Program-made: the position numbers and the translations under genes
Shown here: one piece after another, positions 26,350 to 39,408 of the stretch
How the letters are laid out: each line of letters begins with the position of its first letter
Numbering within the stretch: the first letter of the stretch is position 1
Assembly (NCBI GenBank): GCA_951406725.2
Contig: OX597823.1
Coordinates: 69,378,001 to 69,442,000 of the forward strand
From: Octopus vulgaris
Lineage: Eukaryota
DNA: 64,000 nucleotides
Direction of reading: 5' to 3'
The notes under the pieces: generated by a model
What the model was told of the DNA's origin: nothing
Seen by the model: only the letters and a program-made list of their open reading frames with translations
Databases searched by the model: none

Positions 26350-27309
26350 AGCCAAACGCTGGGTAAATGAATTCAATCGTGGCAGGGAGAGTGTGGAAAA
26401 TGATCCCAGACAAGGGAGACCTCAAGCCACAACTACCAAGGACAATTCTGACCTTGCTCTTGGTATGATAATAACAGATTGCCGAATAGCATGTCGTCGG
26501 ATAGCCGAGAGACTGGGCATCTCAATTGAAAGAGCAGACAGCATTGTGACAAAAGGACTTGGGTTCTCAAAAGTTTCTGCAAGATGGGTCCCTCAACTTT
26601 TGAGCCCTGAACAGAAATGCACCAGGTGCACTTTTTCCACGAGCTATCTGGACTGTTTGAAGTTGATGGATAGAATTTTCTTGCTTGTTTCATTACTATC
26701 GACGAAATTTGAGTTCATCACTACCAGCCGGAAACCAAAGGACAATCAAAGCAGTGGAAGCACACATCTTCTCCTACCCCAAGGAAGACCAGGGTAATTC
26801 CTTCATCTGGAATGGTCATGGCGTCCGCTGTTTGGGATTCTCAAGGTGTTTTTCTGATCAATTACCTTGAAAAGAGTCACACTGTGACAGGGCTGTATTA
26901 TTCTCAGCTACTAAAACGCCTCCGAGAAGCAATCAAAGAAAAAAGGCCGGGAATGCTCACCAGAGCATCCCGACAATGCTCCTGCTCACACCTCAGTGAT
27001 TGTGTATATGAACTTGTTACCCATCCGCCTTATTCGCCAGACTCAGCCCCCTCTGACTTTCATCTATTTCCAAAAATGAAAAAAGCCCAGGCTGGTCGCC
27101 ATTTTACCAGTGACAATGACGTCATAGACGTTGTAGGAAGTTTCTTGGAGTCTCAAACAAAAGAGTTCTTCTACACCGGGATAATGGTGCTTCAGCACCG
27201 CTGGAGGAAGTTTTTCAGCTATTGAGGGGGACTATGATGAAAAATAAATCATCAGAAGTTTTGTACCATGTTTTGTTTTTTGAGGCTCAAAACTTTACAT
27301 ACACCCTCG
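26350..27309 (+). mobile_element. 5'-truncated mariner transposase pseudogene
   Basis: DPRQGRP, SARWVPQLL, TIDE, HPPYSPDSAPSDFHLFPKMK; right end aaactttacatacaccctcg|TA. Confidence 0.9.
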
Positions 27310-28514
27310 TATATGAGTGATGGGCGTAAGTACATATTATGTGTGCGTGCATTTGACAATAACACCGTATAACATTATACAGAATATATGCTTCAGATAT
27401 CTGGAGACTGTGCTTCTAAATGCATCATGTTTTTGCAGGTTATGGGAGGAAAAGCTAGAGAAAACGTATAAAGGAAACTAAACAACATTGGGTTAAAATT
27501 TTCCTGAAGGTATTGGATCGAAATGGAAAGGAAACATTAAGAAATGCGGTAGGAAATTTAAGAATGATAATAATATTAGAAGAATGCAAAATAGAAAGAA
27601 TTCTTTTTGTTCGAAAACTAACTTTGTTAGTTGAAATATTTAAAGGTAATTGAAATTGCCTTTGTACGCTTTACAGGAATTGTAGCAGTATGTTTACGTG
27701 TGAAGGTAATCCATCACACAAATAATACAAAGATGAAACTGCCATTATCAATTACTTGGTATAACAGGCTAAAATGAAATTGTTTCTGTTTGAACAAAGA
27801 GAGGTAGGAATGTTAAAGGATTACTCTTCTCAACAAAAGAAAAATAATTTTTAGTCTTACTGCCCTCTTTTTATATATTTATATATTTTTTGTTTAAATG
27901 TTTTGCTGAAAATGATAATTCTTTCAATTAAATTTAATAGATATTGCTTTCAGATAATTATGTCATTGATGGATATCTAAAATTTTGAAATATTCCAGGA
28001 GTCCTGTGCATAAGGCAGCTTTTAAACAATTACAAAATGTTAAATATTTTCTTTATGTATGGAACACCTGAATGATAAATTACAGATTTATATATTCTGA
28101 CAAGAAATTTTACTGATGACAAAAAGACATGTGTTGCGAGAATTAGGCTTTCAGACTTATGTCTTGCTATTTATAGCTATTTGTGCCATGACTGAACATA
28201 TCTAGGGTTAAACACATTGCACCAATGACAATACTGTTTTTTTTCTTTAGGGCATAGTATAACTAGGGCTACATAATCTAAGGTGTACTTAATTATTTTT
28301 AAACGGTATGGTGTAATATGAGGTGGAGCTTAGATGCGAGGTATATCAGGTTTAAGGAGAATAAAAGTGATCCTTCTTTGGCTCATAAGCTAATTTCTTT
28401 ACTTCTGTATTGTACATCATGTCGGTCCAATTTTGGATGGCTCCAGTCAGTTATTTTTTTCTCTAAGATATGTCGCTAATCCCTCGTTCATGGAAGAGAG
28501 ATGGAGAGGGAGCA

Positions 28515-28560
<46 letters not shown>

Positions 28561-29420
28561 AGAAAAAGATACTGTTTTTATCAACCAATGAAAAATGAAA
28601 TACAAAATTAACCTCGCTGGGTTTTAAATTCACAACGCAAAGAGCCGAATAAATAATGCAACGTTTTATCCAAAGCTCTAACAACCCTCTGAATCAGTTT
28701 TTTTCCCAATTCTTTGCTCCCTTTCAGTAACCTTTGTCTCAGAATCACAGATAACGAAATTGGGAAGACAAGGCAGAACCATCTCAGTCATTGCTGGATG
28801 AGCATCTCGTAACGTGTGATTGGAGAAGTGTTTTCTTCATGACTAGTACATTAAGGACTTCACAACGAAGTCTACAGGTACGTATATATATGAAACAGAT
28901 TTCCATTATAAATCATTGACGTAGTAGTAACAGTAATATTGTAAATATGGATGTGAATTCTAATAGTCTGCAGTATTCATTTTAAAATCATGTCGGAGAA
29001 AAAGCTATCCATAATAAATTCCGAGGAAATTACTGTTCTTCTCCGTCAGAAGTTATGTCGTTTAAATTCATTATGAAGTAGAATATGTTAATAAACTGTT
29101 AGGAAGAAGAAAAACTTGACATTTTAGGCAAGGCCTTTTTGACGGAAACCAACGCTAATTTCCAAATATTTATTGAAGATCCAATGTGATATTCTTATAT
29201 TGAGAAGAGGCGATTGTTATTTCGGGAATTTCAAATCTGAAATATTCGCTGGAAGGTATATATTCCCTATCGAAATTTACAGAACTAGATAGTTAGATTC
29301 ATCACAAGACTGAATGTCAACTCATAATAAGTTCTGTATACAAGTGTGCAAAAATCATATTCATCAGCCAACAGCTAGAAAATATACATAACGTAAATTT
29401 TCACGAAACAATAATACCAA

Positions 29421-30363
29421 CTAGCAGAAAGACCGCCCTCCGAGCTGTTTTCTGCTACACACTTGATAATATTTTCACGTTTGATTCCCAATTCTAATTA
29501 TTCTAATAATGATAATAATTCTAAATCTAATACTGATATTTTACGCCTAATCATTTCTTTGTATAATAGAGCTCACATGCTTAGTAAACATTGCTTTCAT
29601 TATTTTATCAGTCATAATCTCGCTTTTTTAAACAAATATTGAGGTAGTCTAACTAAGGAGGGGGTAGCAGTTTGTGAAGTGTTAACTTCCCCTCAAAACA
29701 ACATAGCGATTTCAATTCAGCAGCCCATAAGTAAGGTTTGTTTTCCGAACAAACAAATTGTCAAAGAGGCTCTCTGCATTATGTGGCTGTACAATAGAGA
29801 AGACAGCCTGTTCTTGAAAATTATTGAAACTGACCTTTCATTGCTAATCCTTTAACGGAATTCTTCCTAGTTTGAATATGTTTTCTCTTGTACTCCTGCT
29901 GTAAATATTCGGTTTCGTCTCTCAGCACCTTGTTTGTTGGCACAGTTGTTTTTGTTTTTCACTGAAGTTTGGAAGACTTCCGATTTGATACACATCATCA
30001 ATAGACAGCTGAACAGTAACAGGCGGTGAAAGCTGGCTCAGTGTCTTATTTTGAAGTAGGATATTCTCTCGACATACCTAAACCAGTTTGTAGCGGAAAC
30101 ACAATCATCTCTACGTCTACGTGTATATTTAGACATTTGTTTCAGTCGCTTTGCCCTGGTTTTATCTGATTCTGTTGCTCGCCTTTCTTTCTGCCGTCCT
30201 GCTTTTGCTGCTAAATGTTCTCTTTCAGGTGCATATTCCTTTGGACGCCCCATGTTGAATTGTAAAATTCTAATGTGGTATTTGTGTAATAACGAAATCA
30301 AAAGTTGATTGTGTGTATTTATATTACAGAGACTGTGCGTTTTTATATTAGAGAGACAGTGTA

Positions 30364-30394
<31 letters not shown>

Positions 30395-31234
30395 GAGGGT
30401 GGGGAGAGAGAACAGTGCAAACAATGAATGAAATAAACATGAAATGAAAAAATTGTATAAATAAAAGCTCATTAGAAACTATCCAATACGGAATATTTAA
30501 ATTTGTGAACTTGAAATATTCAATAAGAGAAGGAAGTTCAGAAAGTAAATTCTTCTGAAAACTTCAATTTATAAAAGATCTCACTGGCTTAGTAAATATT
30601 TCTTTCAGTAATTTATCGTAGATGTAATATATTTCTTATTTAAACAAACATCAATGTAACCCAACTGCATTTAGCGTGCTAGAAATAGCAGTGATCACAT
30701 AGTTATTGTAAGGTTTATAGCGTTCCAAACAGCCATACCAACAAAATCACTTAATTTTTTAAAAATTATACTGGTATGTAAAAAAATTTTCATTTTATCA
30801 AAATTATTCATTTAATAAATTCCGGAAACTGATATTATACTTGAAATTGTGCCTCGTATCATAAGCCTCGAAGTTGTATACATATTTTCTCTAATAGCAT
30901 TCATTCATTCAATAAATAGTTTTTTACATTACATATAGAATAAGCTGTTGATTTTGCATATAGCGAATTAAAACATGGATTGAAAACATTGAAATGAATA
31001 TATATTAAAGTATCCTTAATGAAAATAGAGGTGAGAGAGAGTGAGAGACTGTTGCAGATGAAAACGGAACATTTCACCTACAACGAATTAATATCGTTTA
31101 TTAAACATTAAAATCTACTCCGTAGTGAATGCAAAGAATATATAAATTTGTGAAAAACTTGTTGTTCAAATATTCAATAAACTTCAGGAATCGAAATTTC
31201 AGGAAGTTTCTTGGAACATGAATTTATAAAAAGA
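29421..31234 (-). mobile_element. Probable non-autonomous Helitron with two candidate 5' ends
   Basis: Minus 3' end: imperfect GC-rich hairpin then ctg CTAG|T at 29421; A|TCTTTT starts at 30578 and 31234; basic peptide MGRPKEY..ERRATESDKTRAKRL resembles RepHel N-termini. Confidence 0.5.
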
Positions 31235-31354
31235 TTTCCAGACGGCCAAGCCTTTATAATTGCTTTATTTTAGCAACTGTTATGTACCTAATTAATAAGC
31301 AGCCTACTCCATTATAATAAAGATATATTTCATTATAGTGTTTCGACCAGTGAA

Positions 31355-31655
31355 AGCGTGTTGCCTAGTGGTTGGACTTACTCTGATGATTATTTTAAGG
31401 TCACGGGTTCAATTCCTAACATGACAGCGTATGGTGTCCTTGATTAGATCAAGACAATTTATATGATGTTGCTCCAACTCTAATGACCATAAGGTTTACT
31501 GGTGCAGCCATGTTTTCTTTAACTGTCACGATCTACTGGGCCAAGTGCGAAAAGCACGACAGGACATATCTCTTCTTGATTAACCGGGCACCTAGACCAG
31601 TAAGGGAACGTATGGAACATTGTACCAAAACCTACGCCCTTATGTGAAAACCAGC
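31355..31655 (+). mobile_element. Old tRNA-derived SINE
   Basis: ttgcctagtggtt A-box and gggttcaattcc B-box. Confidence 0.55.
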
Positions 31656-31860
31656 CAGTCATTTGTCCATCGCTCTGTCAGATTGTTGGTTGGTTGGGTG
31701 GTTGGTTTGCAGGCTTGTTTGTTCATTCACCTTTTGTGAATTGTTTCGCTCGTCCCTTCGTTCGTCTGTCTGTCCGTCCGACTGTTCTTTCGTTTGATCT
31801 TTCGTCTGTTTATCCATCCATCTTTTTCGTAGACCGTCCGTCCAGATGACTGTCGCATGC

Positions 31861-32076
<216 letters not shown>

Positions 32077-32699
32077 AGGTTGAATTACCTCTATCAGATT
32101 GGTGTATGTGTGCGTGTGTGTGTATATGACGAAACTGGCACTACAGTGTTTGTTTTTCTGATTCAAAAACAACCAGCATCTTCGATTTCTAAACCAGTTT
32201 TATCTGAGAGTAGCTGATTTCTTAATTGAATGTAGTTTCGACATTGTCCTTTCTTAAATAAAACAACTATAATCATTATCATCTAATCGTCTCGGGCCAT
32301 TTTTGCTTTTAAAACGATGTTTATTGTCATCGAAGCTGAAAGATTGTAATATTGTTATAGATGTTTGCTTATAGTTTTAAAATAGCTTTAAACATTAATG
32401 CTCCAGTCTCACATTCTGAATAGTATTTCAATGCCCACAATGTCGGCCTGGCATTCTTTCAGTTATTATCTTCGTTCAACAACTTCTGAAGGTTTCGATG
32501 TTGGAATACACTTATTCTATTACATATGTCTTTGTTATATTGGTGACGATATTGTTAATGCTAATTCGAATTGCGTTCCTTGTGTCAAAGCATATTTTAT
32601 ACTGGTCAGTTGGTCTGCTAGAAATAGCAGCCAAATATTCTTCAAATCATGATCCTCTACTTAGGAATACTCAAGAGTATAATGGATAATGTAACCTGA

Positions 32700-33568
32700 G
32701 ATAAGCCGTTTGGATATTTTCCATCAGGTTAGATGGAGGGCTTAGAGCTACCCTTCTCCCAACTCTTTTCACAAACGTTCTTGCCAATTTTAATTCTTCT
32801 TCATCTATGTGGAAACTTTCCATACTTCCTGCCGCAAACAAAAGAATCGGAGGCGATATCATCGTTTTTATGTTTCATTTCTTTCGTATTGCTGCCCTAA
32901 TTGCTGTTATTGTTGTTGTTGTTGTCGTCGTCACTGCTTTTGCTGTTGCTGTTGTTGTTGTTAAGCAACAAGACGGGTAAAAGTGATTAGGTGATGGTCT
33001 AGGGCTTAGGGGCGGGAGACCCCAGACCTTGGAAAAAAAAACTTTGGTCGTCTTGTTGTAGTCGAGGGCTCTTCGTTGACGCTCAACACCAATGGGAGGT
33101 GGCCATCGAAGTCGATGGAAATGGAGATCTCCAGGTCCAAATTCTTGAACGGCCGCTGTTGCTGCTGTTGTTCTCGTTGACACCGAAAGTTTTGACGTTG
33201 CTTAGAGAGGAAACATTATCCGCCTCGGCGACGTCATTAAGTTTAGGCCAATCGGTATTCTTATTCTCATTTTTACCGTTTCTTTGTCGAACATTATGAT
33301 GGCTTCTTTATCAGCCATATTTAAATAATTTTAAAATATTGCTATATATTTGCTTTTTCCGAAAGTAGTTGAAATACAAAAATTATTGACGCGCACCCCT
33401 TGCAAAACCCCCTGCACAAAAATACTATCTACGCAGTCCACACAACCTCAGAATTGCACTGGTCACAACAAAAATGAAAACATGAGGCCTTAGAAGGCCG
33501 AAAAGTTTACAAACACTTTTTCAACTTACGGAACTCCAAATTCCAGTGACTTTCCAGCATGGCAGCCA
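32700..33568 (-). mobile_element. Possible 5' end and decayed first ORF of an unclassified retroelement
   Basis: GC-richer broken reading frame starting near 33319 after a short leader that abuts (AAT)n; no diagnostic motif recognised. Confidence 0.25.
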
Positions 33569-33572
33569 TAAT

Positions 33573-33637
<65 letters not shown>

Positions 33638-33654
33638 TAATAATAATAATAACG

Positions 33655-33828
33655 ATCAAGTTTTCAAATTTTTATCACAAGGGCAGCAGTTTTGGAGAAG
33701 AGGATGAGTCAATTACATTAACCCCAGTGTTCAACTGGTACTTATTTTATCGACTCCCAAAAGGATGAAAGGCAAAGTCGACCTCGACGGAAATTGAACT
33801 CAGAACGTATCGACGGACGAGATGCCTT
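33655..33828 (-). mobile_element. tRNA-derived SINE fragment between (AAT)n tracts
   Basis: ggatgaaaggcaaagtcgacctcg core on reverse strand. Confidence 0.8.
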
Positions 33829-33848
33829 AATAATAATAATAATAATAA

Positions 33849-33854
33849 TTATTA

Positions 33855-33892
<38 letters not shown>

Positions 33893-35864
33893 GTCTGTGC
33901 ACTGCTTCTAACGCTGGAGATGTACTACGGTGCCAGCTGTTCACTACCAGTTAACTGAAGTAACACCCCTTATATTTCGAGCACCATCCGGAGCATTCGA
34001 GCGGTTCCAAGCAGTGCTGTTTTCTGAACGTGCACCACCCTTATTTCAGCCCCTATTTGCTGTATGTAGTTTTCAAAATTTTTACTCACTGTTCCCAGGG
34101 CTCTGACAATTATTGGTACTACTACCACCTTTTTCATCGAGCACAACTGCTTAACCTCCCACGCTAACCTGTCATATCTATCAACTTTTCTTTCTTCCCT
34201 ATCGCAAACCTTGTTGTCGGCTGGGCATGCTATATCTATGATCCAGCATCGTTTGCTTTCTTTCTCAATTAACACTATGTCTGGCGTCCTGTTCTCTACC
34301 CATGATTGCACTGTATCATAAAATCACATAGGATCTTTGCATTGTCATTTTCGATAATGCCTTCGGGTTTTTGTTCATGTCACTTTTTTTGCTTTGTCAA
34401 GTCCATACTTGTTGCAAAGATTTCAATGGACAATCCTTGCTATATTGTCATGACGTCTCTTATATTCTTTCTGGGCTAGTGGCTTACATTGACTGGTAAT
34501 ATGCCATCCGGTTTCACCATTTTGTCTACAGATTCTGCAATTATCACTTACTGATGTGTTGGCTATTCTGTATTTGATGTAATACGTTCTTAGTGCTTGC
34601 TCTTGGACAGCACAGAATAGAGTCTCCACTTCTGGTTTTAAATCACATTTAGTTATCTATAAACATCTCTTTTCTTTGTCTTATCTTCATCATCTCTATG
34701 AAATTGTCCTTGCATTCTTTTCTTTATCCACCTATTTTCAGTTTCATTCATTCTCAAATGTTTGTACAGTGCTTCATCTTTGCAATCTTCCATCCTACAC
34801 AAGCCTGACCTTCTTCCAGTAATAGCGGTTCAGTCTCATTTTTTACATATCATGCTCTAATGCTGTGTTCGCATCCAATCAGTCATCTCCCCACTCTAGA
34901 TACAGTCTATCCGTGTCACTTTTTGGGTGGAGTGACCCATATCTAGTCAGTAACTTCCTTGTCTTCCTATCTAAGCTATTTAGTTCGTCTACTGTCCATG
35001 CGAATACCCCTGCTCCATATCTAAGGAGTGAAACCACCCAGGTGTTGATAGCTTCAATTTTAATCCGTCCGTTTAATTTCTACTTAAGGATTAGTCTCAG
35101 TCTGGTACTGCATCAGGACATTGCAAATCTGTGATTTTGAACAGAATATTTGCTGTAACCTATCTTTTATAACAAAACAAAACAATACACATGCTAACAT
35201 ATCCAATCAGTTAATATCAAAAGCTAAGTACTCCACCTTAAATTTTTCTGTCATTCCTTTCTCAATCAATTTATCCATTTCCAGAATCCCCAAGTACTTA
35301 TAGCCCGTCTCTTCTATCTGCTTCACAACCTCCCCCGACGGTATCGCTAGCCCGTCCATACATTTGATTTTGTCCCGAACTCCATTCTGAAATCAGCACT
35401 GAAAGTATATGCCGTATCAACGATGGACCTAACTTGGGATTTGTCTTTACCAAAAGGTTTGAGGTCATCCGTGAATAACAAGCGGTTGACTTTTTGTTTG
35501 CGGCTCTTGAATACATACCAAGCCTTTGCTTTTCTCAGAATCAGATTTAGTGGTATCATGCACAGTACAAAGATCAGTGGGGACAGGCAGTCCTCTTGGT
35601 AGATACCACTCCTGATTTGTATTGTCCCTAAACTCCTTCCATATTCTGTCAGTTCCGTCCTCCACTTCGCCATACTTTCTACAAGCACTCGCTCAACATT
35701 CGATGCAATGCCAAATAAGTTCATATATTCTATAATCCAAGAATGTGGGATCATAGCGTACGCCTTATGATAATTGATCCATGACATGGCTAAGTCAGTT
35801 TTCCTCCTCTTGCAGTCTCTAAGTACAGTTTTGTCTATCAGGTGTAGATCCTTGGTACCTCTGC
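33849..35864 (-). pseudogene. 5'-truncated degraded R4/Dong-type LINE (RT to RLE) with (AAT)n tail
   Basis: CRGTKDLHLIDK, WINYHKAY, GIYQEDCLSPLIF, LLFTDDLK, CRIC..HITSQC, RRHD, RTPDIV..IIDIACP; plus-strand (ATT)n at 33849-33892. Confidence 0.9.
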
Positions 35865-35994
35865 ACTTAGCTTTTGATATTAACTGATTGGATATGTTAG
35901 CATGTGTATTGTTTTGTTTTGTTATAAAAGATAGGTTACAGCAAATATTCTGTTCAAAATCACAGATTTGCAATGTCCTGATGCAGTACCAGAC
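35100..35994. repeat. 130-bp inverted repeat: 35100-35229 vs 35865-35994
   Basis: Arms are exact reverse complements by manual comparison; the same peptide appears in ORFs 35121(+) and 35347(-). Confidence 0.93.
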
Positions 35995-37004
35995 AGTGGC
36001 TTTCATAGCTTTTGATCTTTACTTATTGGAAGTGTTGTCATGTACATTGTTTTGTCTTGGTATAAAAAAAATGATCTACAGCAAATACTCTGCTCAAAAC
36101 CACTGATTTGCTTTTCAGTTGTTTAACCTTACCCAGTAGGGCATGTTCCTCAGTGGCTGACTTTATGTGCATCTCTGATCACAAGCAGAAGTGGTTGGGG
36201 AGCATCATAGCCGAGTACTGAAAGAAATCTTTTGGGACTTGAAAAATTCACCATTAGAAACATGAGTGTTTTGTTCATTCTTAAAACAAACCTAATTTAG
36301 TGACCTTTTGAGCAAAATGGACTTCTCGACATGAAGAAAATTCTATCTGGACCCCACCTGCAAGGTCATGTGCTAGCTGTCAGATTCGTTAGCATGCTGG
36401 GTAAAACGCTTTGAGGAATTTCGTCTAGATTCCATTCTGAGTTCAAATTCCGCTGAGGTCAACTTTCATCCTTTCGTGGTCGATAAAATAAGTACCAGGT
36501 TAGGACTAGGGTCGATGTTGATTACCTCTCCGCTGCATACGCACACAAACTTCCAGACCTAGTGCCTATAGTTGAAAGGGTTATTATTGCTAATGATACT
36601 GATATTAGCCATCTTCATACACCCTTACAATGTGATTATGCTGAAAGCCTTTTGAAACTGTGGTATTCGTGTTGAGAAATTATTTCTCATAGACGTATAG
36701 TGTTAAAAACACTAAAACATTAGCGGTCTCTCGGCAAAATGCGACATTAGTTTCCTTACTAACAATGTTTTACTGTATGAACTAGTACTCGATGTTTTAC
36801 TTGACATGAGGTGATGTGGATATTTGCTACTGAAAAAACTACCAAGCAGATCTATCGTGAGATGAGATCACCATGTCGGGCACATATGGTTGTGATGCCT
36901 GTACCTGGTGTACTCTTATCAGATGGGCAGTCAATACAAGAATATTGGACTTCATATATTTGTACCCCAGGGTCAATTTGATGGTATTCGCTGCTAACTC
37001 ACTC
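35865..37004 (+). mobile_element. (AAT)n-associated non-coding element: partial copy (35865-35971) plus full diverged copy (35973-37004) interrupted at 36372-36850
   Basis: Colinear with 38237-38791 on both sides of the interruption. Confidence 0.8.
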
Positions 37005-37900
37005 GTCAACAATAACAAGAACAGCAACAACAACGGATAAATGTTAGAACAATAATATCAATAACTACAGTAACATTGATGAAAATTGTGATTCAGTATT
37101 ATTTTGACAGGAAAAACACTGACAACGAAGTAATTGCAGATCATATGACAACAGCATCAAATTATACTTGTCATTACATTTTCTTGCAACAACCCATACA
37201 ATGTCAGACAATAAATATACAGTCTGGTTTTAAAACAAGTTTAAAAAAGTAGAGAAACCTATTGAAAAAATAAAACATGTCTTTCTTGCATGAAGCCTTT
37301 TAAAAGTATGCTGTATCCATCTTAAGAAGTATCTCTTATAGATGTTTGGATTTTAAAAAAAAGATATCAGCAACAGGCCAAGTTCGCCCAGCATTGTTGG
37401 TGGAAATGATGCATCTGAATTTCTGCTTGGTAGTTTTTTCAGTAGCAAATATCCACATCACCTCATGTCAAGTAAAACATCGAGTACTAGTTCATACAGT
37501 AAAACATTGTTAGTAAGGAAACTAATGTCGCATTTTGCCGAGAGACTGCTAATGTTTTAGTGTTTTTAACACTATACGTCTATGAGAAATAATTTCTCAA
37601 CACGAATACCACAGTTTCAAAAGGCTTTCAGCATAATCACATTGTAAGGGTGTATGAAGATGGCTGATATCAGTATCATTAGCAATAATAACCCTTTCAA
37701 CTATAGGCACTAGGTCTGGAAGTTTGTGTGCGTATGCAGCGGAGAGGTAATCAACATCGACCCTAGTCCTAACCTGGTACTTATTTTATCGACCACGAAA
37801 GGATGAAAGTTGACCTCAGCGGAATTTGAACTCAGAATGGAAACTAGACGAAACGCCTCAAAGCGTTTTACCCAGCATGCTAACGAATCTGACAGCTAGC
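36372..37900. repeat. 479-bp inverted repeat: 36372-36850 vs 37422-37900
   Basis: Reverse-complement match including non-SINE sequence; about five substitutions seen, no net indel; 571-bp spacer. Confidence 0.95.
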
Positions 37901-38152
37901 CACCTTAGCAATATTGGTTTCAAATTTTGGCACGAATTCATCAGCTTTTGATTAAGTGCCAGCAAAACGCTGGGATCGATGTAATCGATGGACATCCTCC
38001 CTCGAATTACTGTGCTCAATTAGTACTTATTTTATCCACCCCAGAAGAGTGAAAGGCAAAGTCGACTTCGGCGGTACTTGAGCTCGGAAAGTAAAAACGG
38101 ACTAAATGCCGCTAAGCATTCCGTGCTGAAACCTCTACCAGCTCACTGCCTT
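37690..38152 (-). mobile_element. Two adjacent tRNA-derived SINEs
   Basis: Family core on reverse strand at ~37690-37906 and ~37915-38152. Confidence 0.8.
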
Positions 38153-38153
38153 A

Positions 38154-38211
<58 letters not shown>

Positions 38212-38236
38212 TAATAATAATAATAATAATAATAAA

Positions 38237-38791
38237 ATGCCCTGATGCAGTACTAGACACTGGCTCTCATGGATTCTGATCTTAACTGATTGGAAGTGTT
38301 ATCATGTACATTGTTTTGCCTTGGTACAAAAGATGGGCTACAGTAAATATTCTGCTCAGTACCACATATTTGCTTGTCAGTTGTTTGACCGAAACCAGTT
38401 GACCATGTCCCTTACTAGCTGACGATTAGTGCATCTCTGATCATGAGCAGAAGTAGTGGGGAGCATCGTAGCCGGGTGTTGAGTGCAATTGTTTTGGGTT
38501 TGGATAATTCCCCTTTGGAAACATGAGTAGTTCGTTCAACATCCTTAAACAACCCTTATTCAGGGACCTTTTGAGCGGGATGGGCTACTAGACCAGAAGA
38601 AAATTCTAACTGGGTCCCACCTGCAAGGTCATGCACTGTTTATCTTAATATGAGGTCACCATGTCTCACACATATGGTTGTAATGCATGTGCCTGGGGTA
38701 CCCTTATCAGACGGGGAGTCATGATGGGTATACTGGGCTTCGTATATTTTACCCCAGTGTCACTTTGATGGCATGCATTGCTCTCTCACTC
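38237..38791 (+). mobile_element. Full-length ~555-bp non-coding element inserted in (AAT)n
   Basis: atgccctgatgcagtac...tgctctctcactc; (AAT)n on both sides; related copies at 8891, 35865 and 35973; strand inferred. Confidence 0.82.
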
Positions 38792-38964
38792 AATAAAAAT
38801 AATAATAAATTAGAATTTCCTTCATTTGCGATTCAGTGTCGAGAATAATAATGATGTGACCCTTGTTAATATTAGTCCTAAGCAAGCCTTGACTTATCAA
38901 AAGGCGTTTTAGTTTTGACCATTCCGTTTTTCTTTATTGATGCTGAGTATCGAGGACACAATCG

Positions 38965-39408
38965 AGGCCAGTAATTCGAGGGAGGATGTCCATCGATTAC
39001 ATCGATCCCAGTGTTTTGCTGGCATTTACTCTATCGACCGGAAAAGATGAAAGGCAGAGTCGACCTCGACAGAATTTGAACTCAGATCATAAGGGCGGTC
39101 GAAATGCCGCTAAGCATTTTGCCCAGCGTGTTAACGGTTCTGCCAGCTCGCCACCTTAGTATCAAGGACAATATTTTTCAATAAATCATTCTTGTATCAG
39201 GCGGTAAAGTATGATTTGCAGGAGATTTTGTTATTTGATATGAGGGGCAAGTGGATTACATCCATCTAGTACCCGACTGGTACTTATTTTATCCACCCGA
39301 AAGGATGAAAGGAAAGTCGAATTCGGCAGAATTTGAGCTCGGAGCATAAACACACTCAAAATACCACTAAGCATTGCGTGTTAAAAATTGTACCAGCTCA
39401 CTGCCTTA
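38965..39408 (-). mobile_element. Two tRNA-derived SINEs
   Basis: Family core at ~38965-39158 and ~39240-39408. Confidence 0.78.

Noticed and set aside
28728-28877. 150-nt segment with good splice acceptor and donor
   Set aside because: Stops in all three frames and no homology recognised; cannot be supported without RNA data
38480-38570. Hammerhead-like motif in the reverse strand of the AAT element
   Set aside because: CUGAAUAA is not CUGANGA and is not adjacent to the putative stem II
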